Assembly (NCBI GenBank): GCA_036276755.1
Contig: DASUOG010000011.1
Span: 3,125 to 67,124, forward strand
Direction: 5' to 3'
DNA length: 64,000 nt
DNA from: Candidatus Saccharimonadales bacterium
Lineage (GTDB): Bacteria > Patescibacteriota > Saccharimonadia > Saccharimonadales > 2-12-FULL-41-12
Below the pieces are notes generated by a model. That model searched no databases. It worked only from the letters and a program-made list of their open reading frames with translations, and was not told where the DNA came from. Within the stretch, counting starts at the first letter, position 1, and each line of letters begins with the position of its first letter. The translations under genes were made by a program, and so were the position numbers. Of this stretch, positions 11,853 through 20,259 are shown piece by piece.

Positions 11853-11881
11853 AGTTTAGCGGACGTATTGTTCCGTGTCAA
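11853..11881 (-). promoter_or_regulatory. candidate sigma-70 promoter for rpoBC (TTGACA-N17-TAAACT)
   Basis: Read on the minus strand: TTGACA at 11881..11876 and TAAACT at 11858..11853. This would give an AT-rich 5' UTR of about 215 nt ahead of rpoB. Confidence 0.3.
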
Positions 11882-11892
11882 CTATTTACAGA

Positions 11893-13230
11893 CTAGCAAC
11901 CCGGGTCATTAGCTGCCAAAACCGCTTTGATTTCCCGTCTGCGCAGAAAACTTCTTCTTGGAGTGTGGTTTAAGGCTCTTAGGAGCGCTTGTTCTCTTAT
12001 TTCGCCGGCTACGCGAGAAACCGTATCTCCCGCCGAACCTTGAGCGCTGACTCCTAACTCATGCAGGTCCCGCACCGGCCTGATTACCGATTCCAGAACA
12101 TCATCCGCTCCCGGGCCGAACGATTCACCCGTGATTACCTTCCTTAAGGAGCCCGAATATACCGCTGATATCCTTTCTCTAATACTATCCATGACGGTCT
12201 CGGGTTGATACCCGATTGCGCTTTGCAGAGGGCCAAGGAACGCCAGTGTTTCCTCGGCTGTGGCAAGATTTACATCATCAACACCCCTCCGCGCAAGCAG
12301 ATCGTCCAAGGCATGGGCAAAATCCATATACAATCCGCCTTTTACGGCTGTCGGTAATTCCAAGTTTGAGAGCTCATCGGCGGAGCCAGTCACGCCCAAG
12401 CCCAGCATGCACCTTTTGGCCAGAGCCGCCGTCAAAGAATCTCTCTTTGCTATTTTAGCCGAGAGCGCATCAACAGCTTCGTTGCCGTATGCCACCATCG
12501 TAGGCAGACTTAATGCCCTTACCGTACTATGGTCAGCGAAGGGTCTTTTATCCGCGTTTAAGATATTGCCGACGGTACTTTCAACTTCCTGTGCAGAACC
12601 GGCAAAATGCACCCTATCAAAAGGCAGGTCATGATTGGCGTGCACGGAAGTGTAGGCCATGTCATCGCTGGCCTTCTTGGCAAAAACCTTGACCGAACCG
12701 GCTGTGACGTCATCGAGCGTAAATCCTCTTGCGGAGTGTACTGGTATAGTTAATTCGCGTTTACCCGGTTTGCTTCCCTCTTTTTTGCTAAAATGCGGTG
12801 CATAACTACCTAAAGCACCTCCGGCTTGACCGTAAACTACCCTTGCCAAGCCAAATTTGCTTACCTCATCCGCACTGCTGATGATTATTATCGGCTGAGG
12901 TCCGTCCGCGATCTTATCGACATGTGAAAAATAATCTTTTATTTCATCTGCCGACCTCCCCCTGACTGCCATGATTTCACGCAAGGTTTCCCTATCAAGA
13001 GCATCTTCGCCCGCGGTTTCAACCGCAGAAAGAACAGTGGTACGGACTTGGGCCAGATCCGAAGTTGCCGAGTCGACCGTTGCTTCCGCGTCCGCTAAAA
13101 AACCGGATGCCGCCTGGTAAGACATTTCCGCCTGCTCTTTTACGGTTTCGGCGGCGGTAACTCTTAGTTGCGCCATAGCTAAATCAGTACCAAACCGTTC
13201 GCGCGCCTCACCGGGACCCAGATCCCCCAT
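11893..13230 (-). CDS. hypothetical 445-aa soluble protein (Ala/Asp/Glu-rich, no Walker A, no TM segment)
   Basis: A long ORF with a strong SD (AAGGAG 9-10 nt upstream of the ATG) and a TTGCAA-N17-TATCGT promoter-like sequence. It has no motif I recognise. It lies immediately downstream of clpP. Confidence 0.8.
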   Translation of the reverse strand: MGDLGPGEARERFGTDLAMAQLRVTAAETVKEQAEMSYQAASGFLADAEATVDSATSDLAQVRTTVLSAVETAGEDALDRETLREIMAVRGRSADEIKDYFSHVDKIADGPQPIIIISSADEVSKFGLARVVYGQAGGALGSYAPHFSKKEGSKPGKRELTIPVHSARGFTLDDVTAGSVKVFAKKASDDMAYTSVHANHDLPFDRVHFAGSAQEVESTVGNILNADKRPFADHSTVRALSLPTMVAYGNEAVDALSAKIAKRDSLTAALAKRCMLGLGVTGSADELSNLELPTAVKGGLYMDFAHALDDLLARRGVDDVNLATAEETLAFLGPLQSAIGYQPETVMDSIRERISAVYSGSLRKVITGESFGPGADDVLESVIRPVRDLHELGVSAQGSAGDTVSRVAGEIREQALLRALNHTPRRSFLRRREIKAVLAANDPGC

Positions 13231-13307
13231 TCTTCATCACTCCTTTATTCCTACGGGACGATACCATCAAGAAAGGTTATTTGCAAGCATAGGCTTTTTA
13301 TTGTGTC

Positions 13308-13928
13308 TTATTTATTTTTAGGAGATTTTGTAAGGGTAGTTATGATTTCGTCAACAATACCATAATCTTTGGCTTCTTTAGCAGTCAGCCATTTGTCGCG
13401 CTCCATGTCACCATGGATTTTCTCGACTTTCTGGCCGGTGTTTTGGGCCATGATTTCTTCAAGCAGTTTTTTGACGCGCAAGGCTTCCTTCAGATCGATC
13501 TCCTGGTCGGTCACCTTGCCCCTGGTGCCGCTGGAAGGTTGATGGATCATAACGGTCGCATGCTGCAGCAGCGAACGTTTGCCCCTGGTGCCGCTGCTAA
13601 GCAGGAATGCGGCGGCGCTGGCCTGCACGCCGATACCGACGGTTTGAATATCATTTTTTACATACTGCATGGTATCGTAAATCGCCAACGCATCGTAAAC
13701 ACTACCGCCCGGACTGTTTATATAAAGCTTTATATCCTTGTTCGGGTTCTCGTTAGCCAGGAATAAAAGTTGGGCTACCACCAAGTTTGCGGTATGTTGG
13801 TTGACATCGGTGCCGAGAAAAATAATATTATCACGAAGCAACCGGCTGTAGATGTCATAAGCCCGCTCCATACGGCCCTCGGTTTCTATGACGGTCGGGA
13901 TCAATATCTGGCTTTTTGGTTCATTCAT
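13308..13928 (-). CDS. clpP: ATP-dependent Clp protease proteolytic subunit
   Basis: 206 aa with canonical ClpP blocks ([38 protein letters not shown]). Confidence 0.97.
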   Translation of the reverse strand: MNEPKSQILIPTVIETEGRMERAYDIYSRLLRDNIIFLGTDVNQHTANLVVAQLLFLANENPNKDIKLYINSPGGSVYDALAIYDTMQYVKNDIQTVGIGVQASAAAFLLSSGTRGKRSLLQHATVMIHQPSSGTRGKVTDQEIDLKEALRVKKLLEEIMAQNTGQKVEKIHGDMERDKWLTAKEAKDYGIVDEIITTLTKSPKNK

Positions 13929-13948
13929 AGCAATTGATTATAAATTAA

Positions 13949-13975
13949 TTAGCACTCGGAAGTCAAGAGTGCCAA
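13949..13975 (-). promoter_or_regulatory. CIRCE-like inverted repeat (HrcA operator) overlapping the clpP promoter
   Basis: The plus strand reads TTAGCACTC-ggaagtcaa-GAGTGCCAA, against the consensus TTAGCACTC-N9-GAGTGCTAA. The spacer contains the -35 element TTGACT on the minus strand. TATAAT lies at 13942..13937, 8 nt before the clpP ATG. Confidence 0.8.
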
Positions 13976-13997
13976 TAAACCCCGCAAACGGGCCGAT

Positions 13998-14396
13998 TTA
14001 CTTCTGGCTTAACGCGGCCGTAAGCACGTCCTCATCAAAAAAATAACTTTTAATCAAATCTATTTCCTCCAAGGTGCCTCCGTTAGGTCCGCACAGATAA
14101 AGACTTTCTCCGTCTTCTATAGGTAACTCCACTACCACACCCTCGCTCACCACAAAATCACCGGCCGCAGACGGACGGATCAGCTCATTGACCGCAGACC
14201 TATCCAGCTCGCCGGGCGGAATCTCCTCTACGGCGTGGCCGGATAAGATAATGGACTTTGCTTGACCTCCCCGGCCGCTTTCAGCTTCGACCGCCTCAAA
14301 TCTTTTAAATATTCGGCTGGGGCATACGGTAACTGTTTGAAAACCCGACTTGTTTTCGCCTATTTCACCTATTTTCAACATTTTTTTCAAAACCAT
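13998..14396 (-). CDS. hypothetical 132-aa protein between tig and clpP
   Basis: The ORF fills the tig-clpP gap on the same strand. No recognisable domain. Confidence 0.55.
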   Translation of the reverse strand: MVLKKMLKIGEIGENKSGFQTVTVCPSRIFKRFEAVEAESGRGGQAKSIILSGHAVEEIPPGELDRSAVNELIRPSAAGDFVVSEGVVVELPIEDGESLYLCGPNGGTLEEIDLIKSYFFDEDVLTAALSQK

Positions 14397-14437
14397 ACAA
14401 GTATAAGCATGTCGTCATTGAAAGTAAAATGCTTGAG

Positions 14438-15724
14438 CTATTTGCCGGTAGCGTATTCTTCGAGTCTGGCCAGTACCTTATCAGTCAGCATCCTGGAAGC
14501 TACATCTTCCCGGGCTTCCGGTTTATCGAGCTCTGTCTGCATCTGCTGGTCCTTATACTGGCCCTTCAATATCTGCATCCTCACTTCGAGCTCTTCCGGC
14601 GTTACGCTCAGGCCTTCCGCATCGGCGATCTCGGACAAGATTATACTGCCTTTTATCTGCAATTCTGCCTGTGGCCGCAAAACTTCGTTGCGGTACCTTT
14701 CCTCCGTGGTGTTTTCCATCTTCAAGTATTCCTGCAATGTCTGGCCGCGGTAAGCGATATTACGCTTTACGTCTTCCAAATTGTGGCTTATCTGGTGCTC
14801 GATCATCGATTCAGGAATGGCCACCGAACTTTTTTCGGAAATTTTTTCCACCAGTTTGTTGGCATACTCCTTATTCGCTTGGGCCTGCTTCTCGTTTGTA
14901 AGCTGTTTTTTGACATCGGCCTTTAGGTCTTTGAGCGTCTTGAACGGCCCGACCTTCGAGGCGAAATCATCATCAAGCGGCGGTTTAGTTAACCCATGAA
15001 CGTTTTTGATATTCACACTAAAACGGACTTTTTTGCCGGCCAGGGCTTTCACGCTGTAATCCTTTGGAAAAGTAAGGTCAAATGTCTTCTCGTCGCCGGG
15101 TTTCAGACCGACTAGATTATCTTCAAAGCCCGGGATGAACGTGTTGCTGCCGATAGCCAGTGGATAATCTTTGCCTTCGGCGCCGTTTATAGGTGCGCCT
15201 TTTTCGTCAACGCCCCTAAAATCAATCACAACCTCGTCGGATTTTTTTATCGGCCGGCTGACTTCGCTTTTATCGGCCGTGCGCTGCTGCAGGGACTCCA
15301 ACACGTCATTTATATCCTGCGCACTAACTTCCGGGTCAGGTTTTTCAAGCTTGATATTTTTATAATCGGCCAGTTTTGCCTTTCCCACGACATCAGTAGT
15401 TATTTCAAACTCCAGTTGACTGAAAGGAACGAACTTCTTAACGTTGACTTCCGGTTTGCCTACCGGACGGATCTTTTCGCGGGCGGCGGCATGGCTGTAA
15501 AGAGCGGTCATCGCCTCATCCAAAAATTCCCTTTGCAGAACAGTCTGGTCGACATTCTTTTCGACCAGGTTCAACGGCGCTTTACCCGGACGGAAACCGG
15601 CTAACTTTACCTCTTTGCTTAATCTAGTGAGCACCGCCTGCTTGAACGGCGATAATTCATCGACACCGGCGCTTATCGCCAGCTTAACTTTGGTGCTCGA
15701 TATATTAGTAACGCTAACTTGCAT
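14438..15724 (-). CDS. tig: trigger factor
   Basis: 428 aa with the N-terminal ribosome-binding signature GFRPGKAP, a central PPIase region and a C-terminal arm domain. Confidence 0.95.
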   Translation of the reverse strand: MQVSVTNISSTKVKLAISAGVDELSPFKQAVLTRLSKEVKLAGFRPGKAPLNLVEKNVDQTVLQREFLDEAMTALYSHAAAREKIRPVGKPEVNVKKFVPFSQLEFEITTDVVGKAKLADYKNIKLEKPDPEVSAQDINDVLESLQQRTADKSEVSRPIKKSDEVVIDFRGVDEKGAPINGAEGKDYPLAIGSNTFIPGFEDNLVGLKPGDEKTFDLTFPKDYSVKALAGKKVRFSVNIKNVHGLTKPPLDDDFASKVGPFKTLKDLKADVKKQLTNEKQAQANKEYANKLVEKISEKSSVAIPESMIEHQISHNLEDVKRNIAYRGQTLQEYLKMENTTEERYRNEVLRPQAELQIKGSIILSEIADAEGLSVTPEELEVRMQILKGQYKDQQMQTELDKPEAREDVASRMLTDKVLARLEEYATGK

Positions 15725-15799
15725 AGCTGCATAGTCTAACAGATTAGAAGTTTTTTTGCTAATTACAGCTGCGTCCCGTTCACATCATCGCCCGGACCA

Positions 15800-16267
15800 T
15801 CAACTCCGGTAATTTAGAATACCTTGGTTAGTCTCTACTTTGATGCCCTTGATGCCCAGGTTCGCAGCGAATTGCATATCGGTTTCTCGATCGCCGATCA
15901 TTAGCGAGGTCGTTTTGGTTATATCTTTTAAGTGGCTTACCAGGCCGGTTTTCGGCTTGCGGCAAGCACAGCCGTCGTCCGGGCCATGCGGACAGATCAG
16001 GATCTGGTCAAAAAACACTCCTTTATTCTCGAGTCTGCGGGTCAACTCGGATTGGACGGTATTAAAGACATGATGCGGATTTTTCGACGTGCCCAGATGG
16101 TCCTGGTTGGTTACCATCACCAGCTTATAGCCTTCTGCATTTAACTTTTGTAAATATTTGACCATGCCGGGAGCAATACGCAGGCGTTCCACGGAATCGA
16201 CATATAATGTATCCTGCGGTTCAAAGATCAGCGTGCCATCGCGGTCAACAAACGCATATTTGCTCAT
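15800..16267 (-). CDS. HAD-IIIA phosphatase of the HisB-N/GmhB type (probable histidinol-phosphatase)
   Basis: Motifs DRDGT, TNQ and the Zn-loop CPHGPDDGCACRKP. It has a 4-nt ATGA overlap with the hisC stop. The substrate assignment rests on operon context only. Confidence 0.8.
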   Translation of the reverse strand: MSKYAFVDRDGTLIFEPQDTLYVDSVERLRIAPGMVKYLQKLNAEGYKLVMVTNQDHLGTSKNPHHVFNTVQSELTRRLENKGVFFDQILICPHGPDDGCACRKPKTGLVSHLKDITKTTSLMIGDRETDMQFAANLGIKGIKVETNQGILNYRS

Positions 16268-17325
16268 CGTTTCAAATATTCCTCATAAATGTTGATGAAT
16301 TTTTCGACCTGGGCTTTTGATCCTATGCTGACCCTGAACGTATCTTCGATGCCGGCCTGGCTTTGCGGTCGGATCAAAATACCGTTTTGTTCCATGTACG
16401 CGGTTAGTTTTTTTGGATTATCCGGTTTTACCAACATAAAATTGGCTCCGGATTCGTAAAACTCTATCTTATTCTCACGAAGAAAAGCTTCAAGCAAAGG
16501 CTTGGCGACACCCATGACATGCGAAGCGTAAGCACGGACTTCCTCCAGATCGTCCATGGCTGCGATACCGAGATTGTAAGCATACATGCTTACGTCATAA
16601 GGGCTCTTGATAAGCTTTAAAACCTCGGCGACTTTTTTATCGCAAACCGCATAGCCCAACCTGGCGGCGGCTATGCCGAAGGCCTTGCTGAACGTTCTGG
16701 TTACGATGATATTAGGATATTTTTTGATCACATCGACGCAGCTGACGCCGGAAAACTCTCCGTAGGCTTCATCGATCAAAAAAACCGTCTCGTCGTATTT
16801 GCCGGCCCAATCTTCGATCTGCCCTACCGGGACCAGATTGCCTGTCGGATTATTGGGATTACAGATCAAGGCAAGCTTTACTCCGCCGGATAGCTCGGTC
16901 TCGTATTCATCGGCCGGAAAGGCCAGCCTGTCGCCGGAAAAGTTAAGTTCAATCAATTCGGCTTCGGCCAATTGGGCGTATTGGTAAAACATCGTAAACG
17001 TCGGTACGCTTATCAGAACCTTATCCCCCGGATCAACATACCCTTCGAATATGGTCTTTAGGGCAATGTCCGATCCGTTGGTAACAACTACGTTCTCAGG
17101 GCTGACCTTAAGATAGTCCGCTATCTTATTTTCTAAAGTCCCGTCGTACTCCGGATATAACTTCGGCTCGATGTTTTTAAGGTCGGCCATGCCTTGTTTG
17201 ACCTTTAAGCCGGGCGGGATCGTACGCTCGCTGAAGTCCAGATGAATACCCTTGAAGGTCTGCCGGCCGGTCAAAGGCGGTTTGTATTTATTGAGGCTAG
17301 AAACTTTCCTGCTTGGCTTAATCAT
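16264..17325 (-). CDS. hisC: histidinol-phosphate aminotransferase
   Basis: Class II aminotransferase with NPNNPTG and the PLP-lysine context TFSKAFGIAAARLGY. It overlaps both the hisD stop and the phosphatase start. Confidence 0.9.
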   Translation of the reverse strand: MIKPSRKVSSLNKYKPPLTGRQTFKGIHLDFSERTIPPGLKVKQGMADLKNIEPKLYPEYDGTLENKIADYLKVSPENVVVTNGSDIALKTIFEGYVDPGDKVLISVPTFTMFYQYAQLAEAELIELNFSGDRLAFPADEYETELSGGVKLALICNPNNPTGNLVPVGQIEDWAGKYDETVFLIDEAYGEFSGVSCVDVIKKYPNIIVTRTFSKAFGIAAARLGYAVCDKKVAEVLKLIKSPYDVSMYAYNLGIAAMDDLEEVRAYASHVMGVAKPLLEAFLRENKIEFYESGANFMLVKPDNPKKLTAYMEQNGILIRPQSQAGIEDTFRVSIGSKAQVEKFINIYEEYLKR

Positions 17326-18605
17326 AGTCTTATCTCCATTGCCCGCTTATGTCCCTCCAAAGATTCCACCGTCGCCATAGCGGACACAATCGGAGCGATA
17401 TTTGCGGCGCCTGCTTTGGTAAGCTTCTGAAACGTAATACGTTTTTGAAAACTGCTGAGCGAAACCCCGGAATAAGTCCGGGCATAGCCATACGTTGGCA
17501 GGGAGTGATTGGTACCGCTGGCGTAATCGCCGGCAGATTCCGTAGAATACCGGCCTAAGAATACCGAGCCGGCGTTGGCTATTTCATCGACATAGTTTTC
17601 AGCCCCCTTAACGTTTAGGATAAGGTGCTCAGGTGCAAAACGATTGGCAAATTCTATGGCCTGGGAAACGTCTTTCACTATCAGCACGAAACTGTTGTCA
17701 AGTGTCTTCCGGGCTATTTCCTTGCGCGGCAACGAATCCAGCTGAGAAGTAAGCTGCTTTAAAATACTTTCGGCATTTTTTTCACTCGTGCTTACTAAAA
17801 TGACCTGCGAATCGGTTCCATGTTCGGCTTGGCTTAGCAGATCAGCAGCCACAAAATCCGGCCGCGCTTCTTCGTCGGCGACAACCAGAAGTTCCGTAGG
17901 ACCGGCGGGCATATCTATGGCCGCTCCGTCCATATCGGTCGACACGAGCATCTTGGCGGTCGTAACGTATTGGTTCCCCGGACCGAATATCTTATACGTT
18001 TTAGGTACGGTCTTTGTGCCGTAAGCCATGGCCGCGATTGCCTGGGCTCCGCCGGCTTTATAAATCTTATCTACCCCGCAGATATCCGCGGCATACAATA
18101 TGCTGCCTGGAATTTTTCCATCAGTCCCGGGCGGCGTACATATTATTATTTCCTTGCAACCTGCCAACTTGGCAGGGATAGCCAGCATCAACAGGGTCGA
18201 TGGCAAAGCAGCCGTACCGCCGGGCACATACAGACCGACTTTTTCTATGGGTCGCATTTCGGCGAAACAGGTTACTCCCGGCATGGTCTCAACACTCTGC
18301 CGACCAGTCAGTTGAACATCGTGGAACTTCTTTATATTTTCGGCCGCTTTTTTATACGCGTCCTTCAGCTTAACCGGCAAGTTGGCGGTCGCTTCTGCTA
18401 TTTCCTCTTTGCTAACCACCAGTGAATCCAAGTCGGCTTTGTCAAACTTCTTCGCCAGCTTAAATAATGCCGCATCACCTTCATTCCTTACCCGTGAGAT
18501 TATCCCCTCGACGGTCTTTCGCACGCCGGAAGAACCTATCGCTTTTCGTTTATAAAGCGACTCTAAATCATCTTTTTGGAGTCTGGCGATGTAATAAGTT
18601 TTCAT
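17322..18605 (-). CDS. hisD: histidinol dehydrogenase
   Basis: 427 aa with conserved HisD blocks (GPGNQYVTTAK, SQAEHG, APEHL). Confidence 0.95.
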   Translation of the reverse strand: MKTYYIARLQKDDLESLYKRKAIGSSGVRKTVEGIISRVRNEGDAALFKLAKKFDKADLDSLVVSKEEIAEATANLPVKLKDAYKKAAENIKKFHDVQLTGRQSVETMPGVTCFAEMRPIEKVGLYVPGGTAALPSTLLMLAIPAKLAGCKEIIICTPPGTDGKIPGSILYAADICGVDKIYKAGGAQAIAAMAYGTKTVPKTYKIFGPGNQYVTTAKMLVSTDMDGAAIDMPAGPTELLVVADEEARPDFVAADLLSQAEHGTDSQVILVSTSEKNAESILKQLTSQLDSLPRKEIARKTLDNSFVLIVKDVSQAIEFANRFAPEHLILNVKGAENYVDEIANAGSVFLGRYSTESAGDYASGTNHSLPTYGYARTYSGVSLSSFQKRITFQKLTKAGAANIAPIVSAMATVESLEGHKRAMEIRL

Positions 18606-18606
18606 C

Positions 18607-19857
18607 TTAATTCCTGGATAATCTGATAGTCTTTGCGGTGTTTTCGATATTATCTTTGGTTTCTTTGCCCGACTCCAGATCCTTGAGAGTAAAGATACCC
18701 TGGCTTATCTCATCGGGACCGACGAACAAGGCAAAACGGATGTTGTTCTTTACGGCCGATTTTATTTTCTTATCTATCTTCCTGTCTTCGTAATCAATGG
18801 CTACGTTTATTCCGAGCCTGCGCAATTCGTCCGCAAAGGGCTGGGCTTTTTCATTCACCTCGCCGATAAGCAGCATTGCTACGTCAGTAGCCGGGCCGAG
18901 TTTTGGCACAAGATTATTCGAGTTCAAAAAATTTAGGAGCGTCACGTCGCCCATGCCGAACCCGACGGTCGGCACCGGCTCCACGCCAAAGTTACCGACC
19001 AGCCCGTCATAGCGTCCGCCGCCGAACAGACTGCGGTTGTTCTGTGGATTCTTATCAAACACTTCAAAAACGATATCGGTGTAGTAATCAAATCCTCTTG
19101 CCAGCGAATATTTTGATTTGACGGAAATTCCTGATTTTTCACATCTGTTTTTTATCTCTTTTATTTCTTCGGTGTCGCCATCATAAACCAGAAATTCATA
19201 TAAATCTTCCGGTCTTTCGACGGCGTCAGCCAGCTTATTTTTAAATTCAGCCTTGTCGATCTTTTCGAACCCGTCGATGAGTCTCATAACTTGTTTCAAC
19301 TGCATCTTGGGTCCGGACTCTTTGATTCTTTTATCCAGTAGTAGTTTGGAGTTGATTCTTATTTCATACATCTCGGGATTGGCGTCCAATGCCTTCATGA
19401 TTGAATCGGCCAGTTTGATTATCTCAACGTCCGCTTCAATGCCTCCCACGCCGAAAATATCGGCATTCAACTGCCAAAATTCACGCAAGCGGCCCTTCTG
19501 CGGCCGTTCATAGCGGAAAAAGTTAGCGATGTTATATAGCCGGAGCGGATAGCCTAGTTCCTGCCGCCGCGCCGCCACCATCCGGCTGACCGATGGCGTC
19601 ATCTCCGGCCGCATGATCACCTTTCTGTCGCCGCGGTCGGTGAAGCTGTATGACTGTTCGTTTACTATCTCCTCGCTGGTTTTGGACAAATAGAGGTCCA
19701 CCGGCTCTAAAACCGGAGCGTCGTATTCCTCATAGCCATAAGATTCACAGACCCGGCGGATCACCGCGAACATCCAGTTGCGCACGCGCATATCTTCCGG
19801 GTAAAAATCCCTGGTTCCCTTATACGGTTGTGTACTTAACTTCATATTTTCTTCCAT
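18607..19857 (-). CDS. hisS: histidine--tRNA ligase
   Basis: Class II core (KGTRDFYP, FRYERPQKGRLREF, GGGRYDGL) plus a C-terminal HGTP anticodon-binding domain, so this is HisRS rather than HisZ. There is a 1-nt gap to hisD. Confidence 0.93.
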   Translation of the reverse strand: MEENMKLSTQPYKGTRDFYPEDMRVRNWMFAVIRRVCESYGYEEYDAPVLEPVDLYLSKTSEEIVNEQSYSFTDRGDRKVIMRPEMTPSVSRMVAARRQELGYPLRLYNIANFFRYERPQKGRLREFWQLNADIFGVGGIEADVEIIKLADSIMKALDANPEMYEIRINSKLLLDKRIKESGPKMQLKQVMRLIDGFEKIDKAEFKNKLADAVERPEDLYEFLVYDGDTEEIKEIKNRCEKSGISVKSKYSLARGFDYYTDIVFEVFDKNPQNNRSLFGGGRYDGLVGNFGVEPVPTVGFGMGDVTLLNFLNSNNLVPKLGPATDVAMLLIGEVNEKAQPFADELRRLGINVAIDYEDRKIDKKIKSAVKNNIRFALFVGPDEISQGIFTLKDLESGKETKDNIENTAKTIRLSRN

Positions 19858-19876
19858 TATATACTCAAACTTTTCT

Positions 19877-20110
19877 TTACTCTTCAGCGACGACCAATTT
19901 TACCCCCAAATCTTCCAAAAGAGGGTCAATCCAAGATAAGGTTTCGGGAGCTATCGTTAAGATGACCTCTAAATCGTCAGCTTCTCCGCTATTACCGTTC
20001 ATAGCTTGATCTTCCGGCTGTCTTATGTCTGTTACCGGCAGATAGGTGTAGGAAGGCTTTTGCCCTCTTTCAAACCCTGTGGCGCCGTTTATTCTAATGA
20101 CTTTTCTCAT
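19877..20110 (-). CDS. hypothetical 77-aa acidic protein, first ORF of the hisS operon
   Basis: GAAGGA lies 8 nt upstream of the ATG, and the ORF stops 19 nt before hisS. No recognisable domain. Confidence 0.5.
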   Translation of the reverse strand: MRKVIRINGATGFERGQKPSYTYLPVTDIRQPEDQAMNGNSGEADDLEVILTIAPETLSWIDPLLEDLGVKLVVAEE

Positions 20111-20145
20111 AATTTATCCTTCAACTTAAACTTAATAAAATCAAA

Positions 20146-20168
20146 AACGCCGGAGCGAGTCCGGCGTT
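20146..20168 (-). terminator. intrinsic terminator/attenuator hairpin in the hisS-operon leader
   Basis: The minus strand reads AACGCCGGA-CUCGC-UCCGGCGUU followed by UUUGAUUUUAUU. It lies 35 nt upstream of the orf77 ATG. The plus strand also shows a T-run after the stem. Confidence 0.65.
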
Positions 20169-20192
20169 AGAATTTTTTGAGACAATAGTTAA

Positions 20193-20252
20193 CTAACCGA
20201 CACGCTCCGGCAATATATGCAGATGATGCTGGTTAGTCATTTGTCTTAACAT
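20193..20252 (-). CDS. candidate leader peptide MLRQMTNQHHLHILPERVG (19 codons)
   Basis: ATG TTA AGA CAA ATG ACT AAC CAG CAT CAT CTG CAT ATA TTG CCG GAG CGT GTC GGT TAG. Three His codons fall within four positions. The 3' part overlaps the antiterminator segment. The ATG lies 7 nt after a TATAGT box. Confidence 0.45.
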   Translation of the reverse strand: MLRQMTNQHHLHILPERVG

Positions 20253-20259
20253 GCGGAAT

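Noticed and set aside
11893-13230. Calling the 445-aa ORF a divergent ClpX because of its position and size.
   Set aside because: It has no Walker A/B, no sensor or arginine-finger context, no N-terminal zinc-binding CxxC pairs and no IGF loop. Position alone is not evidence of homology.
18607-19857. Interpreting the synthetase-like gene next to hisD as HisZ, the regulatory subunit of ATP-PRT.
   Set aside because: It retains a full C-terminal HGTP anticodon-binding domain and all three class II motifs, and no hisG is nearby. It is therefore called HisRS.
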